A DNA stretch of 64,000 nt. It comes from the human T2T-CHM13v2.0 reference genome, Homo sapiens. A program made the position numbers and the translations under genes. This document shows positions 36,746 through 51,547 of this stretch, piece after piece (positions within the stretch are counted from its first letter, which is position 1; every line of letters starts with the position of its first letter). The notes below the pieces were generated by a model. That model saw nothing but the letters and a program-made list of their open reading frames with translations. It was not told the DNA's origin and searched no databases. The stretch is from NCBI RefSeq assembly GCF_009914755.1, contig NC_060931.1; one strand, 5' to 3'.

Positions 36746-38242
36746 ACTCTAAAAATACTACAGCAATGATTTTTTTTTCATTAGTTATCCCTGTATAACT
36801 GGAATTTTGGTAAAAAGTCATTACCTTACATGCCTTTGTTTTCCACTTCAGCTCTGGATAGGAAGGACACAAGGAAGTTATCATTTCTGCAAATCTGTTT
36901 CTTTCACATTACAGAAATTTATACTGGTTTTAACAATTGTTTTCTAACCAGATTTTTAGGAATTATTAAAATATAATTGCATACTTCAAACAGCCAAAAA
37001 GTTTATGTCAAATAATCACTTTTTAATATATACTTAGAATATTTTGAAAAATTCTAACCAGTATTGTGGAGTTATAATTAATTACGGGATGAATTGTATT
37101 TTTGGTAAACTTTCCACATGACTTGTTAATTTTGTTAGTGGAAAGGTGTGAGTCTTTGCATTTACTTTAAAAATTTAGACCCAATAACAAATGTTGAAAG
37201 AAAGAGACAGAGAGATAGTTCACATTTGTCGTAGAAGCACTTTATTTTCAGAAAATAAACTGTGTGCTGACTAAAGAATAACTATAATGAAATATATTAT
37301 GATAGTGTAGGCAAACTTTTGAAAAGCTAGGTAAGCCAGGTAGCTTAGCAAGAAATTCGGTTTACTATCAGAAGGAATGATCACTATGCTACTAAAAAAA
37401 TAGAAAGTGTTTTATAGATTTTTAATAGAGTATACAGTTATATCCAAAAATACAAAATCATATTATAATTTCAACCCTGTCACTTTCCAAAAGGTATTTG
37501 GAATAATCAGAATTAGCCAAAGTGGATAATTAGTAAAGGCTGCAATGACTCCATTTCTTCCAGAAACCAGTACAAGCTTTAAGAGTTTTATTTCACCATG
37601 ATGTGCTAAATATTATGTGTTTAGTCTTTTCATTATAACCTATTTTGGGTGTGAATCCACTCGAGTTTCAGTGTCTCTTAAGGTAAAAGTAAGTCCTTGG
37701 CAGAATGTATTTGGCAAACTGGGCTCCATTCTATGTACAGCTAAGAAAACCCTGAAAATGTCCTTTCTAATAGTGGGTCAGGTCAAGATTACCTTCCCAT
37801 ATAATACTTCCTATTGCATTTATAAATTATAATTTTCTCAGAGCATTTTCCTGCTCTGTAGATTTAAATATAATATCTCCTAAAATATTATATTTTATGA
37901 GTATAACTCCAAAATTTTTTTCCATATAAAATATTTTCATTGTAAATCTACAAAGGGTAAAGTATGGAATTATTCGAAGTTATCTTACTCCATTTGTCTA
38001 TATATGTGAAATACCAATTTCTCTCAAGATCTTCATGTCATATATGTCATAGATAAGTAACTAAATAGTGAAAAACTAGCAAGAGTACTGGTATAGCAGT
38101 TTTCTGTACAAAAACTACAGACAACTGTTATAGCAGTTTATTTTTATAGTAGGATATACCATATAATGGAAATAAATGTTGATTAGCTGCCATAGAATCC
38201 TAGAATTTTGAGTAAAATTTTGAAGCTAAGAAGTAACTTTGA

Positions 38243-38501
<259 letters not shown>

Positions 38502-41500
38502 GTATAGTTGTTTTTAACCAAGAAGGCACTTCAGAAGCATGTGGGTAGTGTTTTACAACATATACTATACTATACACATTATATCGTAGGATATATATAT
38601 TTAATTAATAGACCTGGGATAATGATAGATAGTTGGTTAAGAACCACTAATTAAATTATGTATGTTTATTTTATTGATAGGAAAGTTCAGAAAACAAATT
38701 GGCTTCTTGGTATGTATAGCAGCTGGAGTTAAACTAAATTTTCTAACCTGATTATTGGATATTTATTTATGCTTCACATTATTTTGCATTCTCATTGATT
38801 TAATTATTAAAATCATATCACAGTAAAGGTAAAGATACTGTCTTGATTAAAAGAATATGTTAATATAACTGGAAGTTATCATTTTTATTATTTGGGGCGA
38901 TTACAAATCTTGTCTTTCCCCAGCCCCCTTTCTAATCCCATATGTTCAGTTTTATTGAAGCTAATCAAATGCTTTCCAGACTTGTTCGGTTTCCTCATTT
39001 AGTTTGAGTTCCCTTTCTCCTCACATCAGGGTTCATATTTCTTCTCTCGATCTTTCTACTCTTTATCCTTTCCTTCTCCTCTTTTCACTCCTCCTTTTGG
39101 TTCTTCTTCATTACCTATTTTGTGTCTTTTGGTTTCCATTTACTTTTGTTTCTTGCCTTTTCAAATAAAAGCCTGACAACAACAACTTGTTTAGTTTTAA
39201 CCAGTGGACAAATAGAACACTGGATATAATGGAGGCCTTTACTCCTCTCTTCTGTTTTATTTACTTTCTTCTCTTTAAAGAAGGACTCTTTGTGGCCTTT
39301 GTTCCTCCTACACTTTCCTCTTTCATTTATACATTTGGAGCTTTTCAGTTACGGGAAGCATATAGACTTCTAGATAGTTGATTTAGCCACATTTTATTGT
39401 AATACCTTCCAGGTAACTAAGATGATATATGGAAACATAGAAAGGCATTTTTATATTTTAAACTAATTTTAATATTTCTTATAGTTAAATATACTTTATT
39501 TTACTCTCAATATTCCTGAATTGACATATGGCTGCTTTTTATTTTGCATACATTTCTGATTACCATACCTTTGTTTTACTTCTTGCTTTTTTTCATTTGG
39601 ATGTGTAAGGAAACATAATCATTGCATATATACCATATCGGGAAACGACTTAGCAAATTAATTTTCATTTTATTGCTTTTTCTCATCAGCAACATTAACA
39701 GAAGAAAAACTAATTTATAGACATAAGTGTATTTTCATATTTTGATGGAATAACTACAAATACATTCAAGCAAAATAAAAAGTCAATTTTTAAAAGGGGG
39801 TTCAGTGAGATGTTTTCCTGGGGTGGTTTCTCATTTCTAATTATTTATTGCCAACAATTGAAAATACCTAAGTCCATTTTGATTTAGGACTTTACATCTA
39901 TCCTGTTCATTTACAAGAACTCTGTAGCTAAGATTACAAAAGATAAAATTCTAATGTTCATTTAAGCACGTAATAGCTTTTTAAATGGTTATATATTTGA
40001 AAAGACATTTGGATCCCATTAAAAATGAAATTGAAGCTATGAAAATTGAAAGAAAGAAAAAACTAATCCATTGGATAAGTGTTTTCTTAAGTGCTTTTAA
40101 CTCCACCCAATTCAGATAATACTGTGTGTCCAAGGTTTCCTTTAAAAGATTTGAATTATAAAAAACAGAACTTAAGTTTAATATCTCTTTCATAATTTTA
40201 TTTTTCCCACTTCATGTCTTTGGTTATATTTAGCTTTTACTAATTAAAAAAATCTATATTTTTTTTAAATGAAACAACAATAACCCAGTGGCAGAATTGA
40301 AGAATGGTCACTTTTCCGGGCTCTGACTGTAAATAGATTTTCCAAATAACCCCAAATACCTCATTAGTGACAAATACCACATTTTTTACCTGAGAATATC
40401 ACGGGTAAACTACTCAATTTCCCTACCCCTCATGGAACACCAAACAAAAGTGTGATTTAATTTACCATTATATGAAATGCAAAACTTATCCTCTGAATTT
40501 TAAGTATATGTAATTTATTACTAATCTAGTTGTTAATGTTTCAAGGCTACTAATGAATTGTGATTATATATATGTATATATATATGTATATATCACATTT
40601 TTTATTGGAGTAACTAATATGGTCACAGAGAGAAATATTTTTCCCTCATTTGTCTTTTTCAATTTTCAAAGAATAACTGAATCTATGAGCTGGAGGGAGT
40701 GTTTGTTAGAAAGAGCTAACTCAGCTTTGTCACTAGTGTGGCTGCTTTTGTTATAGTAACTCTTCCATCCATGGCCTGAACTGTTCCTGTGATATCAAAC
40801 ATACATTTCCCAGAAAAGCTTATTTCCATATTAGAATCTGCTATTTTCATAAAATTATTTCTATATTAAGCTGAAATATATTTAAAATATTAGCTCCATT
40901 ATTCCTAGGTTGTTTATTTGGAGTTTTATTTGGATATAATAAGTTGAATCCCTCATTATATTTGTTGAAGATAAATATCTGTCCTCATTAAGTCCTCTAA
41001 TATTTACATATAACATTGCCAACTTCTTCAAGTTTATGTAACAGTGAATAGAATTTTTATCATTTAGAATCTTTAACTGATTATTATATTGCAAATATTC
41101 ATTTAAGTACAAGATAAAAGATACTGCTGTTTCCATAGTTTTGTACAGCATGAAATTTAAAATCTCATTTCTCCTGACTGTATATATTTACCATAATGCA
41201 TCAAACTGTATATTTAAAATAAATAAATGTTATCATATGTATATCATGCATCAGTAAATTTTATAAATACACACACACACGTGTACATGAATCTCTCTCT
41301 CTCTGTCTATAGTGATAGCTCCTGTTCCATTCCACCTTTTCCATTATTATTATTTTCTTTCATTGTTTTCATAAGCTATCTAGAAAATAGGCTAAAATAA
41401 AACTGAATTTCTCATCCACTTGATGAATATAGTGATGTTCAAGGCAGAAAAAAAGGATTAGAATAATAAAATAGTAAAGGTTGAAATATACAGATAATCT

Positions 41501-42114
41501 GAAATGCAGGAAAATACTTATTTTCAAGTGTTCATAGACTAGCTACAAATATTAAACATGATTTAGCATAAGAATAAAATATCTATAAATTTAAAAGGAA
41601 ACACAATAATAATAAAGTTTACTTTTTAATTAAAAGAAAAGCCTAACATTTTAAAATAAATAAGCATGTTTTGAAACTCTCCTAGTTTACCGCTGGGTAA
41701 AAAAGGAATAAAAACTAGAATTCCTGATTATTTTAGAATTGTACGCATCAAAAACTACAAGGTATAGATAAAGCTCATACCAGAAGAAATTTTTTGCCTT
41801 AGTTCATCATTAATTTAAAAATAATAAAATAAACTAAGTGTTAATAAAATAATATGAAAATTAAAAACAAGAAAGCAGGCTTATTGAATGACAAAACAAG
41901 CAAAAAATAATAAATTACAAAACATGAAAAGAATAAACTTAGAGAACAAATCTTAGATTTGTTTTATTTTGTGTGTGAGTATAATACCATAACATAGAAT
42001 TAATGTTTTAGAGTAATTACTACATGCCAAATGAGGAGTACTATGCCAAATAGTATGCATATCTGTCACTTACAACAATATAATAATTTCTGTCCTTTGC
42101 TTATATGTACTTTT

Positions 42115-42240
42115 TAAAAAATTTTAGTACGTATGTATGTTTTTTATGTGGGTTTATTGCATAATGGTATGGATTAGGCTTCTAGTGTACCCATCACCCA
42201 AATGTTGAACATTGTATCAGATAGGTAATTTTTATTCTCT
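42115..42240 (-). mobile_element. L1PB/L1MA 3'UTR fragment
   Basis: GGCTTCTAGTGTACCCATCACCCAAAT..GAACATTGTA..GATAGGTAATTTTT. Confidence 0.7.
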
Positions 42241-42849
42241 GCAACTCAACATAAATTATTTCATTCATCACTAATCTTCCTGTTTCAGAAAGCTTAATCT
42301 TGTGTTTTCAGTAAAATTATAGTCAAATTCAGGGATCTTTAGAGATACCTAAATAAGGTAAGCTTGCTAAAGTATAAGCTTCAAGAGGTTCAGGGTCTTT
42401 ATTTTGTGCCAGTACATGTCAGAGAGTAGATACTGAATACATAATTGTTGGAAAAAACTTAACATTGAAAATTCAGAAGAATTCAAGATTGAGTCTCCAT
42501 TTCTCTCCTTACTGCCAGAAATGTGTTGTCCGTGTCTCAGTGTTTGTGTCTCAGTTTAATACAGCCGTATTATGCAACATAATTTACCTCATCTATTTCT
42601 CCAGTTCTCGCACGACACATTCATGATTTGAAATGTAAACACATTACTGCCTTATCCTGGCAGGATGTTCCACCCTGTATCTATGCTACGGATTTGCTTT
42701 ATGTCAACTCCAAAACCCCTTACACACTCATTGGCCTCTTTCTCTTTCAACTAATTTACATGCTGTCCGTGAAGCAGAGATAAAATATTCAGTCCCCTCA
42801 AAGTGTGCTGAACACACAGCTTTTTTCAGACTTATCTCCTGGTTAAGGC

Positions 42850-43040
42850 AGCATAGTAGTGAAGACCACAGACTCATAACCAGATTCAACTGCTTACCGT
42901 ATGTTTGGGCCAAGATATGTGACTCCTCTAGATCTGCTTCCTCAACTGTAAAATGAGGACAATAATAGGACTTACATCAAAATGCTACTGAAGATTAAAA
43001 AAGTTAATATATGTGAAGTGTTTGTGGCATAAAAATATTA
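42850..43040 (+). mobile_element. MIR SINE
   Basis: TTGGGCCAAG...CTTCCTCAACTGTAAAATGAGGACAATAATAG...GAAGATTAAA. Confidence 0.7.
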
Positions 43041-45009
43041 TATGAAAGTGTTCATTTTTCTTTTTCTGTTACCTCCTCCAGCGCCTCATATAGTCAGTAC
43101 TATTTACTATTCTGGAATTATATATGGGATTACCTCTACAAAAATGGGTAACAACCAGTGAATTTACAGATGAATCTTTAGAATTAAAACTGACTATAAA
43201 ATGTGTGTATGCTCATGTTTAAATTGTACAGTAACAATAAAGAGTAGATTCAGCAATGTGAAGAAAATTAGGCTTGTACCTTTGCCCGCACACAAAAAGA
43301 AGAAAATAAAAGAAAAAGGAAACTAGTACATAAACTAAAACAATAATGAAAAATGAGATCAATTAAACACTAATTGACTTACTATAGTAAGTAAAGAAAA
43401 GTAAATAACTGATTCTTTGTATAATGAATCACAGAAACTGAATATGGTTATATACATCTTAAAGTAAACAGACATTAGAATTATCATGAATACTGTGCAA
43501 TTATCAAATGAAGTAACCTGGAACCACTAAATCATTTATATATTATAATGTCAAATATATAACTGAAGCAAGAGATGCATATTCAATCCCAATCTGGGCA
43601 CAGAAGTAGGCACCCTTGCGCCCAATGTTGGATAAACCATAGATGAACTAGAGGGGAATAGTGAGTGTTGAACTAGAATTAAAGTCAAAAGAATGAAAGG
43701 AGGAGTTTGTTGTTTTGTATAAATGTACAAATCAAAGCATGTTTGTTTGAGAACATATGAGATACTGCCAACCTGTTGTTTCTCTCACTGACTTTTGTAT
43801 AGGAGGAGTTGTTAATAAATCATGTAAATATAATCATTTTACCTAATTTGTTCTTCTAACTCATTAATATTGCTGCATAGTAGATAGCAAGACCTAGAAA
43901 AGGGAAAAAAATTTCTCTCCTTGAGTGCCTTAAATGAGTTGACCTAAACTTGAAGGAGTCTCAGTACCTATTCCTTTTTTAATTTATATACATTTAAGGG
44001 GTACAAGTGCAGTTTTGTTACTGTATATGTATAAATGTATTTATATACATTTAAGGGGTACAAGTGCAGTTTTGCATAGTGCTGAAGTCTGGGCTTTTAG
44101 TGTAACCACCACATAAATAATGTACACTGTACCAATTAAGTAATTTGTTATTCCTCTCTCTTCTCCATCCACTCTTCTGTATCTCCAGTGTCTCTTATTG
44201 CATATTCTATGTCCACGAGTACACATTGTTGAGCTTCTTCTCATAAGTGAGAACGTGCAGTATTTGCCTGTTTCTGAGTTGTTTCACTTAAGATAATGGC
44301 CTCCAGTTCCATCCATGTAGCTGTAAAATACATGATTTCACTCTTTTTTATAGCCGAATAGTATTCCATTGTATATATGTACCACATTTTCTGTATCCAT
44401 TTATCTACTGATGGATACATATACCAAATATTTGCAACTGTTAATAGTGCTGAGATAAGCATATGAGTGCACATATCTTTTTGATATACTGATTTCTTTT
44501 CTTTTGGGTACCTATACAGTAGTGGCATTGTGGGATTGAATGGTAGCTCTATTTTTAGATGAGAAATCTCCATGCTGTATTCTGTATACTGTATTTTGCA
44601 TTCTTATTTACATGCTGACCAGCAATGTATAAGTGTTCCTTTTTCTCTTCATCTTCAACATCTGTTACTGTTTCACTTTTTCATAATAGCCATTCTGACT
44701 AGTGCAAGGTAATATTTCATTGTGGATTTAATTTGCATTTCTCTAACAATTAGAGGTAACAATTTTTTTTCATATGTTTGTTGGTCATTTGTATATCTTC
44801 TTCTAAAAAAAGCCTATTCATGTCTTTTGCCCACTTTTTAATGGGGTTATTTTGTTGTTGTTGTTTAGTTGTTTGAGTTCCTTATAAATTCTGCATATCA
44901 GTCCCCTGTTGGATGTACAGTTTATAAATAATTTGTCTCACTCTGCAGGTTGTCTGCTAACTCTGTAGGTTATATCTTTTGCTGTGCAGGAGCATTTTAG
45001 TTAAATTAA

Positions 45010-45381
<372 letters not shown>

Positions 45382-45422
45382 GAATGCTTTGCCAAGACCA
45401 AATGTCCAGAAGAATTTTCCTG

Positions 45423-45723
45423 ACCCGGCTCGGTGGCTCACGACTGTCATCCTAGCACTTTGGGAGGCCGAGGCAGGTGGATCACCCGATTTCAGGAGTT
45501 CGAGACCAGCCTGGCCAACATGGCAAAACCCTGTCTCTACTAAAAATACAAAAATTAGCCGGGCATGGTTGCAGGGGCTTGCAATCCCAGCTACTCCGGA
45601 CGCTGAGGCAGGAAAATCGCTTGATCCCAGGAGGCGGAGGTTGCAGCGAGCCAAGATGGCGCCACTGCACTCCAGCCTGGGGGATAGAGCAAGACTCTGC
45701 CTCCAAAAAAAAAAAAAAAAAAA
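45423..45723 (+). mobile_element. AluS (Sx-like)
   Basis: Full dimeric Alu with GAGTTCGAGACCAGCCTGGCCAACATGG and a ~19-nt A tail. Confidence 0.95.
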
Positions 45724-46069
45724 CAGTTTTTCTTAAGTTTTCTTCATATATATATATATATTTATTTATTTTCAAATCTTACATTTTGACGAAGTCAACA
45801 AAAATATACAACAGGGAAATGATGCTCAATTAATGATGCTCAATTAATGATGCTCAGAAAATTGAATTGTCATATGCAGAAGAATGGTACTGAACCCGTA
45901 TCTCTTATCATCTACAAAAATCAATTCAAGATAGATTTTACTCTTGCTTTAATCCTGGAGGTTTTTGATAGCTCAGAACAGGGAGTAGGATAAGAAGTCA
46001 ACCATAGTTTCTTCCCAGCTGTCAATAACAGATAATTTTAAAATTTAAACTCTTCAGAGCATTCAAATG

Positions 46070-46566
46070 GTACTTATATACAATGGAGTACTATTCAGCC
46101 ATAAAAAGTGAGATCCAGTCATTTGCAATATGGATGGAATTGGAGGTCATTATGTTAAGTGAAATAATCCAGGTGCAGAAAGACAAATTTATTTGTGGTA
46201 GCTAAAAATTAAAACAATTGAACTTACGGAGATAGAGAGCAGAAGGATGTTTATCAGAGGCTGGAGGGGGTGGGTCCTTGGGAGGGAAGCAGTGATGGTT
46301 AATGAGTACAATACAATAGTTAGAAAGAATAAATAATATCTGGTATTGGCTAACCCAACAGAATGACTATAGGAAAAATCATTTGATTGTTCATTTAAAA
46401 ATAACTAAAAGAGTACAATTAGATTGCTTGAAACACAAAGGATAAATGCTTGAGTTGGCAGATACCCTATTTACCCTGATTATTATGTACCACATCCCTG
46501 TATCAGAATATCTCATGTAACCCATAAAGATATACACCTATTATGTGTCTACAAAATTTAAAAAAG
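46070..46566 (+). mobile_element. L1MA (MA2/3-like) 3' end
   Basis: ACAATGGAGTACTATTCAGCCATAAAAA...GTTAAGTGAAATAA..CAG...CACAAAGGATAAATGCTTGAG. Confidence 0.88.
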
Positions 46567-48339
46567 ATCATTGTCTATTTCTAAAACCAAACAACCAAGT
46601 AACAAACAAACAAAACTTTAGCAAGCTTTAAAGACTCTGCAAACTTGATCTACGTAAAGGATATCAGTGACTAAATAGCAAGAAACATTATACTATAAAG
46701 TTAAATATTGGAAGCATCTCTTTGAAGTCAGAATGTCTGTAGCAAGATTAGTATTTACCACTTTGAGAAGTTGAAGACAAAACAATGAGATAATACATAG
46801 GACAACTGGGTATAACTTTTGGAAATAATTATTTTCAGAAATATAATTATACAATTATGAAAACCAAGATAAAATGAAAATTCCAAGAATATAAAACAAA
46901 AAAAATGAAAGTGGCCATCTAGGAGGCAAATGTACACAAGAACATGGCTTTCCTCTATTTCAAAAATAACCTTTCCAGAAAGGTTGGCACTTAGCAAATT
47001 ACCTTTACTTTCCAAATTACAGGGGAAAATGTACCTTCTGTATTGTCTGAAACTGATTCTATCTTTCTTACTAGTCCCTGCACTGCTGGGCAATATTAAG
47101 AACACGGGGAAGTGAGGAAAATTTGAACTCGCTTATTAAGGGAACATTTCTGATGTATTATTTTGACTTAAAGCATACTCTAGCAACAAGGTAAGTTACT
47201 TTAACATTAAGATACTTTATCTTAGTTATATTGTAAGGTGCTGGAATAAATTCTCGTTGCCACAAGACCTTCTATCCACAAAACTCATAGAAATTGTCCT
47301 AGGTATTGAAAGCTGAAACAAACAGTTCATGTAGGTCTGTTGCCCAGTTTTAACACTAGAGCTGCCTAAAACCTTCTCTGGTTTTATTCTGAAGAATAGT
47401 TCCTCACGTCTGATTCTGAGATTTTGTGGGAATATATCTTTTTTGTCAATTTCTCATGGCGAGAACTACTGAGAGGTAGATTTAGGATAATTTAAATCCT
47501 CAAATTCTCAATGAAATGGTTCTGTTCACTTGGTGTCACCACATCAAACAGAAATGTAATTCAGTTTTAAAAGTGAAAGATAACACTCAAGGCAGAAATA
47601 AGAATGAAGAAAACAAAATATGTTTCTAGCTGGCTATCGCAAACTGTGATTAAATGTTTGTGCTTCACAAAAGCTGAACCACAATTTGTCAGTCATTTTC
47701 CCCAACAAATTCTGGTTTTGGCATCTAGCCAATGACATTAAATTCATTAACTATCAGACCATCAAAAGACGAGGTCTTTAAAATCTATTAGATAACAAAG
47801 GTGCCCTATTCAATAAGAGTTTTTTAATTTTTAAAATGGAAGACTTCAATTCTTCAATCCCCTTCAGACATAAAAGTTTTAAGATCAAGTTATCATATTT
47901 AGGACATACTTTAATGGTACATTAAATGTTATAAGCTGTATATTCTACTGGGATATATTCATTAAACTTAAAAGCAAGCTATTTATGATATCTAGATGCA
48001 TAAGTAGTGGTAAAAGGAAAAATGTAAAGATAATGCAGTATATATGCAAACATTCAATAACAGTATTTTTTAACTCCTAGCCACTTTAAAACATATCAGT
48101 ACCTGCTGACCATTTCCTAAGTAGCAGTATGTAATTTATGCCTGAAATCTATGGTACACAAAGATAAAAAATCCAGTGATATATAAAATATACATGCCAA
48201 CGGTTTTTCAATTTTTTAAAATTTCCATAATTTAGTGACTTTTTTCAAACACATAGAAAATAGAAAAGGAAAACAGTAACTTTTCAAAGGGGGAAACCTT
48301 GTGAACACCAACCTAATATCATTAAAATATGTAGAACCA

Positions 48340-50060
48340 GTAGTATTGTCAACTCACTCATTCCTTATATTGGTAATTTGTGTCTTCTCTCTTTTTTACA
48401 TATTCAGTATTGTTAGAGATTATCTTTTTAGTGATCTCAAAGAAGCAGCTTTGATTAATTAATTAAGTGTACTATTACTGTTTGTTATTTTATTAATATC
48501 TGCTCTGATCTTTATTATTTCTTATTTTCCTGCCTTGGGTTTCATATTCAATGAAAGTATCTTATAAGTAACATATAACTGATTCTTGCTTTATTGTCAC
48601 ATCTGACAATTTCTGCTTTTTAAAAGTTGTCTTAAGTTGATATACATTTGTTTTTTTAATTGGGGTTTTTAAATTATTTACATTGAATGTAGTTATTGGT
48701 ATAGTTGAACTTAAACTGCCGCCTTTTATTTGCTTTCTATTTCTTCCTTGGTACTTTCTAAAATACTTGTGCCATGAATTGGGTATTTTGTCTAAAATTC
48801 CATTTCATCTTCTTTATTGACTGTAACAGATTTACCTCTTTGTTTTTCTGGAGTCTGCATTAGGGTTTATAGCATATATCTTTAACTTAGCATATATCTT
48901 TAACTTCCACAGTCTTTCTGCAAATGATATACTACTTCACATAGAGTGAAATAAACTTATCACAGTACACTTTGACTTCTCCCCTCCTGATATTTATGCT
49001 ATTGTTGTCACATGTCACACTTCTATATACATAAGTTAAAATATCACAGGTCATCTTACTACTTTTGCTTTAAATAATCACCTAACTATTAAGATTAATA
49101 AATGAAAACAATCTACTATGTTTACAGACATAGTAACCATTCCTGGTGCTCTTCATTCTTTTGTGTAAATCCAGATTTCCATCTGGGAATATTTTCCTTT
49201 TGCCTAAAGGAAAGCCTTTAACATATTTTTATTATGGTATTCTGGTGACCTTTGTGTGTGTGTGTGTGTTTTCTACATTTGAAATAGTCTTAACTTCACC
49301 TTCATTTGGTCAGTTATTTTATTTTTTAAGTAGAATCCTAAGATAGCATTATTATTTTAACACTTAAAAGATGTTACTGTAATGCCTTGTGATTGCATAA
49401 TTTCTGATAAAAAAGCTGACTTTCATCATTATGTTTGTTTCTCTGAACAAAAGTGCTTTTAGTCTCTGGCCGCTTTTAAGACTTTTTTTTCTATATCACA
49501 TTTAAAGTATTTTGTTTGCCTTAGTATCATTTATTTTATCTGTGTGTGTGTGTGTGAGTGAGTGTGTGGGTGTGTGTGTGAGACAGAGAGAGAGAGAGAG
49601 AGAGACAGGGAGAGAGAGAGTATGTGTGTGTGACCGCAAATATGAATGCACATTCTTGGGGTTAATTGATTTTGGATCTCTGGGTAAACATTTTTAGTCA
49701 AATCTGGAAAATGTCAATTAATTATTTTTCAAATATTTTCCTGGTGTCCTTGGGGAAACCCAATTTTATATTTTTCAGTTACTTAAAGTTATGACCACAA
49801 ATCACTCATGCATTAATATCTTTTCAATTTTTTTCTTCTTATATTTGATTTTGGATCATTTCTATTGTTATGTATTCTCATTTACTAATCTTTTATTTTG
49901 CAGTGTTACGTGCCATTAATCTCATCCAATATATTTTTCCTTTTACACATTGCTGTTTTCATCTCTGGAAGTTTGATTTAATCTTTTTACGTCTTCCATG
50001 CCTCAATCTCTCAAACCTCTTGAACATATTTAACAGTTTTAATGGTATTGTCTACTAATT
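48340..50060 (-). mobile_element. Degraded L1M (ORF2 5'/ORF1 region)
   Basis: T-rich antisense L1 motifs: TCTGCTCTGATCTTTATTATTTC, ATCTGACAATTTCTGCTTTT, TCCAGATTTCCATCTGG. Confidence 0.65.
49541..49632. repeat. Compound (TG)n(AG)n microsatellite
   Basis: TG run followed by an AG run and TG again. Confidence 0.95.
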
Positions 50061-50420
50061 CTTTCATCTGTGTCGTTTCTGAAAATCATCGTTTCAGAAT
50101 CATCATACTTTCATCATACTTTCTTCTGTTCAGGTGTTTCAGTCAGGTGTTTCGGTCAGAAATATTTTCCCAGATAATCTATCTTGTTGGAATTCTAATT
50201 ACTATATTTGAATTACATTTGTACCTCTTTTGTTTTAAAATAAAAATATTTTCCTATAGCATTACTATATTTATTATGTTATTCCCGTCTAAAATAGGTC
50301 TAGGTTTAGTTAAGAGAAAGCCATAGTGAAAAAAAAAAAAGCGGTAAAATAGACTTAAAAATTCATCTAAAAAAGATCTTTGGGTATGTACTGGCACATA
50401 GAGCTAGCTGAGAACAAACA

Positions 50421-50495
50421 AGTGAGAAGCATAAAAGGGTTTTGAGTGAGAAGCATAAAAGGGTTTTGAGTGAGAAGCATAAAAGGGTTTTGAGT
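50421..50495. repeat. Perfect 24-bp tandem repeat x3
   Basis: AGTGAGAAGCATAAAAGGGTTTTG at 50421, 50445 and 50469. Confidence 0.97.
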
Positions 50496-50865
50496 AATGC
50501 CAAAGAAACATTGAGTTTAGACTAAAAAATCCTGTGATTGTTGAAAGTCTTAAAATAATACACTAAATTCTGCAGAGATGGTGAAGGAATTTGCTCCTCA
50601 GTGATCTGGAAAATTTTGGAAAGGTTTTGTGAACAGTAAAATAAAATTCGCTACAGTCCAAGGAGGAGTTTTCTTATTTGCTGTAAAACACTGTGGAATG
50701 CATTATCCATTAAAATGAGAGACCTAGCAAATGAAGAGCTGTGTTATAAACTCCTTTTAGAACTCCACCCCTAGAAAAAAGCAAAATTTTTCTTTTTCCT
50801 CTGGAATTATTAAAGTGCTGAATCAAATTACCAAGTACTTGTATACATTTGCATAAGTAATTAGC

Positions 50866-51113
50866 TTTTTTTTTTTTTTAATACTCTCTGTCTCACTCTG
50901 TCACAATGGTGCAATGGAGGTCATGGCTCACTGCACCCTCAACCTCCCTGGCTCAAGCAATTCTTCCACTTCAGCAACCCTCACAGTCCTGCTTAAATGT
51001 GACATGGAGTATCACCTTTGCCCAAGCTGGTCTCGAACTCCTGGGCTGAAGTGATCCTCTTGCCTAGCCCCACAAAGTGCTGAGATTACAGGTGGAAGCC
51101 ACCACACCCTGCC
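50866..51113 (-). mobile_element. Degraded AluJ
   Basis: Poly-T, TCATGGCTCACTGCA..CTCAACCTCC..GGCTCAAGCAAT, GAACTCCTGGGCT, CAAAGTGCTGAGATTACAGG. Confidence 0.85.
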
Positions 51114-51486
51114 AACTTTTATTTTCATGGAAATTTTCAGGAATCTCTATGGTTTTAAAAGTTGTACTGAATATGTGAATTTTATTACAATTTGCCTACA
51201 ATATTTTTGGAAAGTAAAAGTAAATATTATTCACTTAAATAATCAATGAATAATAAATTTGCTGTGGGAATTGATTTTAGATTATAATTCCTCATAAGCC
51301 TCTTTATTTGTTGTTCAAAAGATATGAAGTGAGTACAGGTGTGCTTTATGTGTTGCGGGACATTAACTCAGAACCAAGATTAGCATATTAGACAACATAT
51401 TGCTAGATAAAATGTTGTTTTGTGTTTTGTTAGACAGCTGAATTTTAAGGGCTGAACATTTCCGGATTTCAGGCAAAAATTTTACA

Positions 51487-51504
51487 TATACATATCTGTA
51501 TGTG

Positions 51505-51544
<40 letters not shown>
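51487..51544. repeat. (TA)n(TG)n microsatellite
   Basis: About 15 TG units preceded by TA units. Confidence 0.95.

Positions 51545-51547
<3 letters not shown>

Noticed and set aside
44241-44573. 110-aa ORF with real protein similarity
   Set aside because: Degenerate L1 ORF2p C-terminus within a truncated L1
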